DNA from: Octopus sinensis
Taxonomy: Eukaryota
DNA length: 64,000 nt
NCBI RefSeq assembly: GCF_006345805.1
Contig: NC_043002.1
Location: 31,620,001-31,684,000 of the forward strand
Direction: 5' to 3'
The position numbers and the translations under genes were made by a program. The notes beneath the pieces were generated by a model that worked only from the letters and a program-made list of their open reading frames with translations, ran no database searches and had not been told where the DNA came from. Below, piece after piece: positions 52,745 through 64,000 of this stretch (the stretch's first letter is position 1; every line of letters begins with the position of its first letter).

Positions 52745-53941
52745 TACACGCACACACACACACACACACACACAACACACACTCACACACACACTCACAC
52801 ACACACACACACACACACCACACACACACATATATATATATATTAGTAAAATTATATGAATTTAAAAACTCCGAGAGAATTAGGAATTGTTCTTTTTTGA
52901 AACAAGAAAATTCGAAGCAGATAAATCTAAGAATAGTAGCATGCAAATATCGATTAAAAAACATAGAATAAGATGAAAATGTCTGAGGAACTCGATCACC
53001 CAACTTCAGCTACTGTGGTTGACCTTGTAGAACTAGACCAAAGCAAATCTGCGACGTCCCCTATCCATTTTAAGAACTATTTATTTTTACCACCGTGAAT
53101 CGTAAGTTATTCGGTGGATGTGAAATACATCGTTTTTTTTTTCATTTTTGGAGCACTGAAATTCGATGCAGATAAAGTTATAAATAATGGTAAAACTCTT
53201 TCATAGCTATTATTTATCCTAGCCAACCCTATCGTTTACATGTAAAACATTACACAATTATAAACGGGTGTATTTTTGGATAACCTTATTCACTCCAACC
53301 TCACACCAGTATCGCTCCATAATACTGCATCTTGTCTAACAATGTCAGTATGAATAACTGATGATGCCCACCCTCGTTTTTCCCTATTAAATTAATATAT
53401 ATTTATCAAAGTCTATTTTCACCTCCAACGTACTCAAGGGAATTGTCACTCTTTTTGATATATCTAAAGAGCTCCACCCGTTTGACACAGTGAAAAACTT
53501 TAGTGTACTTGGTTTGTCTGAAAATATATTTTGAGAGCAGAAGTGGATTATATTCTGATACCTACACAACATACTACTGTAAGATGTACTGACTTCGTAA
53601 CGTTAGTTTAAAATTTTCTTTCAGATTTGGACCCTTTCAAAACCAGCGAAAAGCGCCTATATTGTACGAAAACATCCTTTCATAAGGTTTGTGGCAATCT
53701 GTTTTAATGATTTTTAAATCAATAACTTTTTCAATTTAAGAATATCTTTTATTATTGGGAATATTGGGACTGTATCACAAATAATTTTTCCAATTTTTAT
53801 GAGTATATATATATATTCAAACACATACATACATACACACATATGTGTATGTATATGCATATATATATATATGTGTGTGCATATATGTATGTTTATATAT
53901 AAATATATATATTATACACATATATATTATATATATATATA

Positions 53942-54143
53942 ATAAAATACAAAATGAGACAAGAACGCAAAACATCCAGAAGACGATACATAAAGCACGG
54001 ACGGGTCATTCGAAGCCTTCTAATCTTCAGTCAAAAACCAGATCATCCTCGCATTTTCGGCTGATTAATCTTGAGATTGCTCCAATCTGGCCATCTCCAA
54101 GTAAAAACTAAGCTAACAGCATTAGATTCCTTGGAAAAAAGCT
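53942..54143. repeat. Interspersed repeat family F, copy 2 (longer)
   Basis: Matches 48583-48699. Confidence 0.8.
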
Positions 54144-54147
54144 TCGA

Positions 54148-54186
<39 letters not shown>

Positions 54187-54227
54187 ATATATATAATATT
54201 ACACATATACATATATATATATATATA

Positions 54228-54270
<43 letters not shown>

Positions 54271-54689
54271 TGTGTGTATATATGTATATAAACATATTGG
54301 CTGTTGATGTCATAAGAATTGTAAACTCTTCGAGAGAGCATGAAATACTTTTCTTCGGAATAGTGGTTCACTAAACTGATGATGATAAAACTATAAGTAA
54401 TAAGTAAATATTTCCAGTCATGTTGAGGGAAGTGTTATGATCAATTACAACGACCCCAGTATTTGACTGCTATTTAAGCTTATCGTGTCCAAGATAAAGT
54501 AAAAAAGGTTGACCTTGGTGGCATTTGAACTCACGATGTAAGATGCAAGTTGTTTTTCTCCGATGCACTAAATTTTCTGTCAATGCTCTGTCGCATGTGT
54601 ATGTATGTATTATTTTATGTAAGAGTATATATGATAGTATGTATTATGTATGGATATATATATATTAATATATATATCCCATACATACG

Positions 54690-54745
<56 letters not shown>

Positions 54746-55501
54746 TATCCACACACACACACACACACATATATAGATATATACATATATATCCACACAC
54801 ACACACACCACACACACATATATATATATATATATATTTACACGGCTTTTTTCAGATACCATACACATAGAAACACACAGTAGTATAGAGAAACATGCAC
54901 GCATGCACAGGAGATGTCAGTTTGTAATATGACACCATGTACGTGACACTGTCGGCAATATGAAGAGTGATGTTGATTTAGTTCTTAGCATCGCAACTGA
55001 ATATTTCTCTTTTGTTGCCTCTTTATTGTTACACATATTCTTGTTATTGCTATTGTTGGAAATGCTGCTGTCGTTGTTGCTTTTGTCATCACTATTACTC
55101 CTTCTGCTGATCCTGCTCCTACGGTTTGCCCTTGTTTATTTTTTTTAATATTTTATCGTCTTCAATTTTGATCCGATATTTCACCATGTTAGTATTAATG
55201 GTGATACATCTTTTTCGTTACCTCTTTTCGTCCTTGTCAGTCTTATCGTCGATTTTATCATCTACATCCTGTATTATTATAGAGTATCGTTCTTTGCCTA
55301 CACAATGACTAACATCCTCATGAATCTTATTGCCATATATATATACTATTAGTCCCTTAACTGCTAACTAAAATGTTGGAGCGCCAGTCTAACGTAAAAC
55401 GTTCCTTGGACATTCGTTTAAACTGGACAAAGCCTGTTCTCCAATAGATCTGACCGCTGTCAATATCTTCCAGGAAGAAGTCACAAAAGACTGAAAGCTT
55501 A

Positions 55502-56063
55502 GAAGCTGTGACTGAGGGAGAAATGTATCGATTCTCTGGGACTTCCCCTTACATACCGACAAAACTATAAAAGCTAATAAACCTGATGTTATCATAAAAG
55601 ATCAGAAAAAAGGTATGTTTATTAATTGACATGAGTATTCCTCGCAATCACAATATAGCAGCGAAAGAATTTGACAAGATCAGTAAATATAAAGACTTGG
55701 TAATAGAAATTGAAAAAATGTGGCATCTCAAGGCGACTACAATACCAGTGATTGTAGGATCTCTAGGAATGATAAAAAAAAAAAGGTAGTGAAACCTATT
55801 TGAAAATGATACCAAGCTTACCATCCCTACAGGAATTGCAAAAAATCGTGTTAACTGGAACGACTCATGTACTGAGAAGAACATTATCGCTGTGAAAACA
55901 ACAGCCATTCATGAATTTATTTATTTACTAATTTTTTTAATACATATTTTACCTGTGAAATTTGCATGTGTAATCTGGGAATGCATACAAAGATCTTCTG
56001 AGCCCTAGGTGTACGGAAAACTCTCGGCGAGAAATGGAAGAAAATTTGAAGAAAGAAGGAAAA
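55502..56063 (+). mobile_element. 3' end of an R4/Dong-like RLE non-LTR retrotransposon (stop 55893-55895, 3' UTR, then (TAA)n)
   Basis: Translates EAVTEGE/NVSILWDFPLHTDKTIKANKPDVIIKDQKK/LLIDMSIPRNHNIAAKEFDKISKYKDLVIEIEKMWHLKATTIPVIVGSLGMIKK/SETYLKMIPSLPSLQELQKIVLTGTTHVLRRTLSL*. This is the classic PD..D restriction-like endonuclease pattern with three frameshifts. Confidence 0.88.
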
Positions 56064-56083
56064 ATAATAATAATAATAATATA

Positions 56084-56128
<45 letters not shown>

Positions 56129-56130
<2 letters not shown>

Positions 56131-56575
56131 TCAATTTTTATTACCCACAGGTGCATAGATCGGGGGACGTCCAAGGACAGACAACAATTTGCGCTGTAAT
56201 TTACATAAAGGACGAGGAGGAAGAAATAGAAAGGACGAGGAATGCGATAAAACATAGATAGCATACAAAGTTTGTGATAAAATGAATGATGTAGTCTTCC
56301 TGGTAAAGGAGATATTCCAATAAGGCCCAATTAAGGAACAACATTGATTCAAGATTAACCTGACCACCAATGCACTTACTCTTTTCCTATTGTTCCTATC
56401 GTTCCTCTCCAATCTATAGGAACAATCTTAGAGAAGGGCCACTCACCATATTTTTGCCAGTCACTCTTCCTTTTAGAAATTTACTTGAAGGTAACACTTC
56501 GCTCTTTCCTTTCATTGTCCTTTGCAAATGGAACCTAAGAGAAAGGAAGTCGATGAGGACTTGACCCGATTGTTT
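56129..56575 (-). mobile_element. 3' end of an L1/Tx1-like LINE (ORF2 C-terminus, 3' UTR, tail)
   Basis: Translates SGQVLIDFLSLRFHLQRTMKGKSEVLPSSKFLKGRVTGKNMVSGPSLRLFL*. The UTR ends TTGTCTGTCCTTG..TGTGGGTAATAAAAATTG-(TTA)n and loosely resembles 58800-59075. Clade assignment is from recalled similarity. Confidence 0.55.
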
Positions 56576-57301
56576 GAGATTTTGGCGCAATACCAGCAGT
56601 TTTACGGAAGGAGAATAGACGATTACACTGTCTCCAATGCTCACGATCCCCAAAAGACCAACGGTAATAATTGATCTCGGCAGAATTTGAACCAAGAAAG
56701 TGAATAGCTGTAAGAAATCCCGCTGAGTATTTTATTCCGACGCCCTTTTGTTATTAATTGCAGGGATTGACGAAAATGATTAAGAACGGTACGGGACGAT
56801 ACGGTGTGAGATTAAATGAAGGACGAGTAACAAAATATGAGAAATAACATAAACAAAGGAAAAGAGAAAAAAATTAATGAAAAAATTCGAAGAAGAAGAA
56901 GAAGAAGGCGTAGAAAGAAGAAGAAGAAGAAGAAGAAGAAGAAGAAGAAGAAGAAGAAGAAGAAGAAGAAGAAGAAGAAGAAGAAGAAGAAGAAGAAAAA
57001 CAACAACAACAGCAGCAGCAACAGCAAGACAATGATGATGATAATGATGATGATGATGATGAAAGGGTTGGAGGAAGAGGAAATAAGCAAGGGAGCAATG
57101 GAGGATGTAGGAGTTGTGGGAGCGATCTATCATATTCATTTCTGATAGCAAACGATCTGCTTCCACAGCGATGGTCAAACATGAGACGTTGTCATGGAAA
57201 CAGCATTAATCTCTAATCCCTGCGTGTCAATGGATCGTTCTCCGTCTTTCCTTTTCTACTTATTCTCTTCTTTCACAATGTCATCCTATTTTTGTTTCAT
57301 T

Positions 57302-57340
<39 letters not shown>

Positions 57341-57477
57341 TTGTCTTTGTCTGTGTGACCATTTATCTACTTTCCTAATCGCCTCTCATCATTTCTGACC
57401 TCTCGCAACCTTTAGCTCTCAACTTTGACCCTAATATAAAGCTGGGTCAGAGAATTTGCCTAACAATAACGTAACAA

Positions 57478-57491
57478 AGCTGCTGCTGCTG

Positions 57492-57553
<62 letters not shown>

Positions 57554-57554
57554 G

Positions 57555-57586
<32 letters not shown>

Positions 57587-57717
57587 ACTACTACTGCTGC
57601 TACTACTGCTGCTGCTGCTGCTGTTGCTGCTACTGCTCATGCTGCTCATGCTGCTACTGCTGCTGCTACTGCTGCTGCTACTGCTGTCCCTGCCTCTGCT
57701 GCTGCTGCTGCAACAAC
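57478..57717. repeat. In-phase (CTG/CTA)n tract, about 80 triplets
   Basis: Direct reading of the sequence. Confidence 0.95.
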
Positions 57718-57724
57718 TAAATTT

Positions 57725-58173
57725 GTAACAATTAAGGTAAGTAAAGAACCTGACTTGGGTGGAGCGCAGTAACAGGATCAAAAATTAATCAGGAAATACC
57801 AATGGGTCTGCGACTCGAAGCCTAAAATTTTTAGGTCCGTCGCGCCCAATAAAACTGTGAATAGCTAGTTGGACTGGCCAGTTAAATCCCCTGAGATTTG
57901 GTTTGGTTTGATCCAGATCTCCAGATTGAGAAATATTGAGATGAGACGACGCACGGGTCAGCCTATCTTACCTGCAAATGGGCTGAAAGAATGCTATCTC
58001 TGAATTGAGGGACAGAAGTGGTGAATACCTACATCTGCTATGTATTATCGCTAACAGTCGTACCTTGCCTCAGTTCACATTTGACCGGACAATAGTGCCT
58101 ACACTTCCGATTATCATCATCTTCATCGTCGTCGTCGTCGTCATCGTCTTTGTCATCATTATCGTCGTCGTCG

Positions 58174-58225
<52 letters not shown>

Positions 58226-59075
58226 TACCATCATCATCATAACCATCATGATGATCATTATTATCTTGAGTGTCATCAGGCGCAGACAACCTTCTGTCGG
58301 TCAGGCAATTCGTTCGATGCAGTCAGCACCATAGCGCTCTGTGCACAGATAGCGGCGGGTAATAGCGACGACGTCCTCTCGGAAACTCTGAGCGTTGAGG
58401 AAAATCAACTAGCCGGTCTCTTCCGGGGTACTTTCGTAGCATGATCCATGGATAATTTTGCAGAGTTCTTGGGCTGACAGGAGGCATTGAAGGTTCAAGT
58501 TAAATTTTGAAGACACGATATTGACGTCAGCTGTGCCTACCCGAGATGCGTACATACTGACAAAACCGTACTACAAGCACTAGAACAGTTCTGGAGTATT
58601 GCTGACTTGTGGAATTATGTCGAACTCCTTCTATTATGTGTAGGACGTGTCCCCCTATCGACCGAATCCTTGGCAAAAATGGCCTCACCATTTTTGTTTG
58701 GTCGGGTTGGGCAGCTACTTTTCTTCAGACTGGTGCCTATTGTGAAGGAGGTTGTACGTGGAGGAGAGTGAAAGGACTACAAAGAGTGAGGACTGAAGAA
58801 TAAGGAGATGGGAAGAGCACATGCTGTGCTACTCCTAGTGAGGAGAGTGGCTTGAGGGCTGTATGGTTCCTTTATTTTTCCTGGGTAGTCTTGCGTCTCT
58901 TCTACTATAGGAGGAATTTGTTAAAATTTTTGTTGATTTTGTCTCAATTGTTAACACATTTAATTTTTTTATTTAAACTCCACATCCCTTTGTTTCTGTA
59001 TTGTCCTAAAATTTCTCCACAGCTTTTCCTTTTGGGAAGAATATGGAAAGACTTATTAATATTATTATTAGCAAC
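57725..59075 (+). mobile_element. Decayed L1/Tx1-clade LINE: RT C-terminal part, CCHC region and 3' UTR, interrupted by a microsatellite
   Basis: Translates VTIKVS..AVTGSKINQEIPMGLRL.. IWFG/DPDLQIEKY*DETT..KWAERMLSLN*GTEVVNTYICYVLSLTVVPC. Then, in one frame from 58265: LECHQAQTTFCRSG..DDVLSETL..MDNF..AYPRCVHTDKTVLQALEQFWSIADLWNYVELLL..KEVV/WRRVKGLQ. Stops and frameshifts are present. Confidence 0.8.
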
Positions 59076-59270
59076 ATGACAGAATCTTTAGCACATCTGC
59101 CGAACTGCTTAGCAGCCTTCTGTTCGTCTTTGCGTTCTTAGTTCAAATTCAACCGAGGTCGAATTTGCATTTCATCCTTTAGAGATCGATAAAATAAGTA
59201 CCAGTTGATCGCTGTGATCGACGTAATCGACTTACTCCCTCCCCGAAATTGGTTGTCTTTTGCCTAATCT
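59076..59270 (+). mobile_element. SINE family A monomer, degenerate
   Basis: GTTCAAATTCAACCGAGGTCGAATTTGCATTTCATCCTTT..GATAAAATAAGTACCAGT. Confidence 0.8.
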
Positions 59271-61220
59271 TATCTTATCCTTATTCTTCTATTTATTATT
59301 ATTACTATTAGTTTTATTATTGATTAAATGTACAAGTACATCTTTTGTGGCTCTGAATATTTGATAAGCGCTGGATATTTCGTATTATATTGTGTGGTAG
59401 AACTTCTTCAAATGTGATAACAGGGAAACAGGTTACTTTATATTTGTCATCTCGAAAATATATTTCCCAGTTTGAAATATGCTTTTGAGAAAACTGTTTT
59501 TAAAAGTAATTTTAAATCTTGCTTCGTTTGACGAAAAGACGAAAAGGTGGAAATTAAATTTAGAAAGAATAGAGAAGAAACCTTAGATTTTCCGACTGGA
59601 ATATCAATTATACCAAATGTTTTAAAATAATCGATTCCTTCCTGAGAAGCATAAGAATAGTTGTACATATATGTGTCAGGTATTCGTTCGAACCTTCACG
59701 AAAGATACCAGAAGACGTCAGGGTACAATATTCAATTTCATAGGTTCTTCAGTTCTTAACAGTGAGTTTATAGAGTACTGCAAAATAAATATACTCAATT
59801 TCTGCAGAGATCCAAAACGTTGTTGTGTGAAGTGTTATGAGATACTTAGACGCACAGTGTTTATACAGTAATTCTTTGTTAATCCTGTATGATGCAAAGT
59901 AACACCCTGAAAGCTCATTTGAACATATGCAACTGTGCACGGATTACATACCTATAAAGAATTTTTTAAAATTGCATGAATAGTAAAAATTCGTTCAAAT
60001 TGAAAGCTGTTTACGGTAAGAACTTGAACATTTAAACTTTGTAAAAGATTTATGTTGTTACTGATTGCTGTTTGCCTGTACGATTTTGTTCCGGCTAATT
60101 ACATTCTGAGGTCAAATTCCGCCGAGATCAATTTTTGCTTAAATTAGAAGCCCTTATTGCTCTTTAACTTTAAATCACCCCTGTCAGCGTAGCATTGACT
60201 CAAAGATGAGCTCAGTCATGTCTACATCTTGTATGTTTTTATTAAATTACCCCAGTGAACTGCAACCAATGAAACGTTGTTTCTTTGTAGCTGGAATATC
60301 AGTCGGAAGCAGTCGTAGCAGATGTAGACAACTTTTTATAATGATTGCTTATAAGGTGAATTAATTCAGTCTTTACTCGAGTTGATAACTTCATGTGCAG
60401 TGAACAAAATGTAATATGTTCTATTCCCTTATCAATTATTCAATGATAGTAAACAAAATCATAAATTCTTCCCTATGTCTGCGAAAGTTCTATTAACTGT
60501 AACTTCCTATGCACTTTCTGCTCATATTTTATCTTTAGTTCTGGCAACAATTTAGTTTTTATTCCGTTCATATGTATCACGGGTTTAATCACGGTTTTTC
60601 ATTTGAAATATACCCTTGCTGTTATGGTATAGTGAGCTTTAAATTTGTATCAGATTAGATTTACTTACTTTCTTGTAATATGTACCTGGAGAATACCAGA
60701 CAAATAAAGTTTACTCAAAATATATTTATAAGAATGAAACGATGTTGATTAAACTAATCAACATATGCATTCATCTATTCAAGTCTTGGTTTTGAGTTAT
60801 TAGACACTCGTATATATTTTCTTTTACAGACATTAAATATTACTAAAACATTTTGGAGTATCAGTACCTTACAAAGCAATTCTTGATAAAGACAGACATG
60901 GGCTTGTTTACAGTTATCTATACTTTACTTTCTAAAATTAAAGAAGTGTTTTTAGAGGAAGTTGCTTACTAATTGAAGAACAGTTATCTACGATTCTGTA
61001 TCGGCTGCTTTTTAATCTATAACAGCAGACGATTAATTTATAGTAAATGTCAAGAAAAAAAAGATGATGTTGCGTGATTACAGTTCATATGATATCTATT
61101 CATATCTCTAGAGTTTAAATGTTGGATGCCATGTTGAATTTACTGCTCTTTACTGTTTTATTACTAAAAGAATCACGTCAAAACGAACATCAAAGATTCG
61201 TTTATTGGATTACTTCTTTT

Positions 61221-61593
61221 TAACCAAGATGGCGGCTGAACTTTCGAAAGGAATATAACCGGTTGGAACGACACCATCGCGGACATTTGACCTTCGTCAA
61301 ATATTTCTATTATATAATTAGCGACAGAGGATTTGATCCAAATTAATATGTCAGTAAGACTGAATGACAATGTCAAAAATAATGATAATAATACTTAATA
61401 ATCTCATTTATATTTCATAGGATCTGATGTCGCTGGGGTTCTCCTGCGATCAGACCATTACATTAATCATGGCTGTGAACGTCTTATATTACAGAATTAC
61501 ATTATGAATGAAATTAGCCGACGCCACTGCATCCGGGCACCGATCGAATGTCTGCTGCTGCGATAGGTGATGCGCTGAAGCATGCGGGTAGGT
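61221..61593 (+). other. Weak candidate 5' end of a host gene (YY1-like motif, possible 67-nt intron, possible first coding exon)
   Basis: CCAAGATGGCGGC at 61224-61236, donor-like GTAAGA at 61354 and acceptor TTTCATAG at 61413-61420. ATG at 61548 gives MSAAAIGDALKHA before a G/GTAGGT donor at 61588. The segment is locally CpG-rich and microsatellite-free. Confidence 0.25.
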
Positions 61594-61861
61594 GACGCTC
61601 TTTACTCCAGCGTATTTGTCCTTTTACCGAAATAAATGACTGGCGTCTATTTCAACATATTCAGTCCGATGACAAGCTCAATTAACACGAAGACAGATAT
61701 TGCGATCTGCTTTCTCAAGTCACCACTCTTCACTCAACCAATCATATTTCTTAGCTAAAACAGAAATTAATCCTTACAAATACACACGAACACATACAGA
61801 CGCACAAACAAACATATATATATATATATATACGTACACACACAACACACATATATATGTA

Positions 61862-61911
<50 letters not shown>

Positions 61912-61912
61912 C

Positions 61913-61946
<34 letters not shown>

Positions 61947-62401
61947 ATATATATATATATATATATATGAGTGTGTGTGTGTGTATGAAACAAGGGTAGA
62001 AGACCATTTAAATCTTAAAGACAAATATTAACAACCCGAGATCGACAGTGTAACCTCCACTCAATAAATTGAAATCTTGAGACGAAAAATAAAAGCATAA
62101 ATAAAAAAAATAGAATAAGTTACTATAAAAAATACCCATAAAATAGTGTTGGACGGTCCATGTATTGCAAGAGATAGAAAAGAGGTTGAGATTTTATCTT
62201 TTTTTCAATAAAAGTTATGTAACAATGTCTGGAATATCAACATATGTAACGTCGAACAAAGACTTATTATAAATTGTACATGACAAATATAATGATATTA
62301 TATATAACAGCAGATGTAAGGGTGGCATTACATACAACATGTCAGCGATACACACACACACGCACACACACACACATTTAAGATATTAAGGAAGTCTTTA
62401 T

Positions 62402-62858
62402 AGGCACGGGCGTGGCCGTGTGGTAACAATCTTGCTTCCTAGCCACATAGTACTGGGTTCATCCCACTGCGTGGCACCTTCGGCAAGAGTCTTCTACTAT
62501 AGCCTCGGTTAACCAAAGCCTTGTGAGTAGAGTTGTAGATGGGAACTGAAAAAAAAACCGTCGTATATATGTATGTATATGTGAGTGTAAGTGTGTGTGT
62601 ATATGTATATATCTATTATATTTATGTGTGTGTGTCTTTGTGTATCTTTTTGGGACACTCATCACCGCTTGATAACTGGGGTTTGTGGTTTTACGTCTCC
62701 CTAGCAAAGCAGTTAGTCAAAACACCCCGATAGAATAATTACTGGGCTTAAAAAATAAGTCCTCGGTTCGATTTGTTTGACTAAAACCATTGAAGGCGGT
62801 ACTCCAGCATGGCCGCAGTGAAATGACTGAAAAGGGAGAATAATAAAAGAATGAAAGA
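62402..62858 (+). mobile_element. SINE family D, full length, internal (TA)/(TG) tract
   Basis: Head GGCGTGGCCGTGTGG..GGGTTCATCCCACTGCGTGGCACC, CORE-like GGCAAGAGTCTTCTACTATAGCCTCGG and tail CTCCAGCATGGCCGCAGTGAAATGACTGAAA. Confidence 0.85.
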
Positions 62859-63169
62859 ACAATTATGCTAAGAATAGCACTGCAATATTTATTTCATATA
62901 CGTATAGATGTAAGTATGTACATATACGTATGTATACATATATATATATTATTTATTCTAACTATATGATTGAACACCATGCATCCTCTTCCAAGTAAGT
63001 TTTATTTCAATAATTCTGACTGGCATTCTATACGATCTTTTTACTCTTTCATTTTTCTGTCTTTCTCTCTCTTATTCTTTTACCTCCTCTTCTCCCACTA
63101 TTCTATCCTATTACACTGTCACTCTCTCTCCTTCACCCCTAATCCCTTGCTCACGTGGCTCCCACGTGA

Positions 63170-63500
63170 CCATCGGCCTTTTTTCTCTCCTAACTTGTGT
63201 TTCTTTCTCTCCGTTGTCACTGGAACAAGGAAGATGTGCCCTTGTCTGTCTCCTGTCCAATCTAGATTTACGCGTTCGCCACCATAACCTTGCTTAGGTT
63301 TAGCAGCCCTTCCCTTTTGTTTTCACTGTCCTGTTTGTGTTACCAATTTTGATCTTCAACAAAATTCCGACTTTCATTTAATTTGCTTTGCGGGAGCAAC
63401 TGTTTCATCGAAAGCGTATATTGTTGTTAAATGCTCGAAATACGTGAGTAGAAAAACAGTCAACGACTGATGAAGTGTCATTTTATATGTTGTTCTCTTG
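63170..63500 (+). repeat. Degenerate repeat related to 35150-35420 and 36270-36530, with a decayed hammerhead-like scaffold
   Basis: Shared T(C/T)ACTGTCCTGTTT.TGTTAC(C)A and ACTGTTT..CGAAA..GAGTAGA.AAAACAG..CTGA.GAAG blocks. Confidence 0.5.
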
Positions 63501-63669
63501 TTTTCCATTTGTGTCCTTCGTTCGTATTCTACGTACTCGTACTTCGTATTTTTTTGTACACGTTTCATGACGTCCTGTGCCCACATATGCATATATATAC
63601 ACGAATAGATGTATGTACATATACATATGTATACATGCATATATATATTATCTATATATATATATATAT

Positions 63670-63739
<70 letters not shown>

Positions 63740-63796
63740 GAGAGAGGAGCAGATAGATAGATAGAGAGATAGATAGATATGCATATTCATATGTAT

Positions 63797-63871
<75 letters not shown>

Positions 63872-64000
63872 CGCACACATACATGTATTTATCTATGTGC
63901 GTCAATTTGTGTATATCTTTGAATATCGTTTGACAACCGGTGTCGATTTCGTTTACGTCCCGATAAACTGGCCGTTCCGCACAGTGACCGATGGCATAAG

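Noticed and set aside
53440-53495. RT motif-like LFDISK..FDTV
   Set aside because: The match is too short and interrupted, with no flanking RT similarity.
57456-57728. Poly-Leu (plus) or poly-Ser (minus) ORF with apparently synonymous CTG/CTA alternation
   Set aside because: A/G transitions within a triplet repeat give this pattern without selection, and there is no non-repetitive coding context.
56129-58795. Twin-priming inversion of a single L1/Tx1 insertion (the two opposite-strand ORF2 pieces are nearly contiguous in protein terms)
   Set aside because: The plus-strand copy appears to have its own 3' UTR and tail (58800-59075), so two independent insertions explain the data better.
60291-60355. 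65-nt cassette exon (TTCTTTGTAG ... AAG/GTGAAT)
   Set aside because: Splice-like motifs alone are common in AT-rich DNA, and the peptide is unrecognisable.

Overview
Repeat-saturated, AT-rich animal genomic DNA, very probably cephalopod and Octopus-like. This is an inference from SINE families I recall plus the extreme (TA)n/(TACA)n/(TCTA)n/trinucleotide load. No complete host protein-coding gene can be supported, and almost all listed ORFs are microsatellite artefacts. Recognisable content: four tRNA-type SINE families (many copies), decayed L1/Tx1-like LINE ORF2 pieces, two restriction-like-endonuclease (R4/Dong-type) LINE 3' ends, a Penelope-like GIY-YIG fragment, two Tc1/mariner-superfamily transposase relics, several fold-back elements, a 1.1 kb tandem duplication that may be an assembly artefact, and a 100-N gap. 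The two most interesting signals are (i) several minimal type I hammerhead-ribozyme motifs in short Penelope-like elements, two of them on the same strand with predicted cut sites 186 nt apart, and (ii) SINE multimers that are joined at the same point inside the SINE head at all five junctions, whose tail resembles the 3' end of an L1/Tx1-like LINE in the same window. A weak candidate gene 5' end lies at about 61.2-61.6 kb. All family names come from manual translation and recalled motifs, not from database searches.
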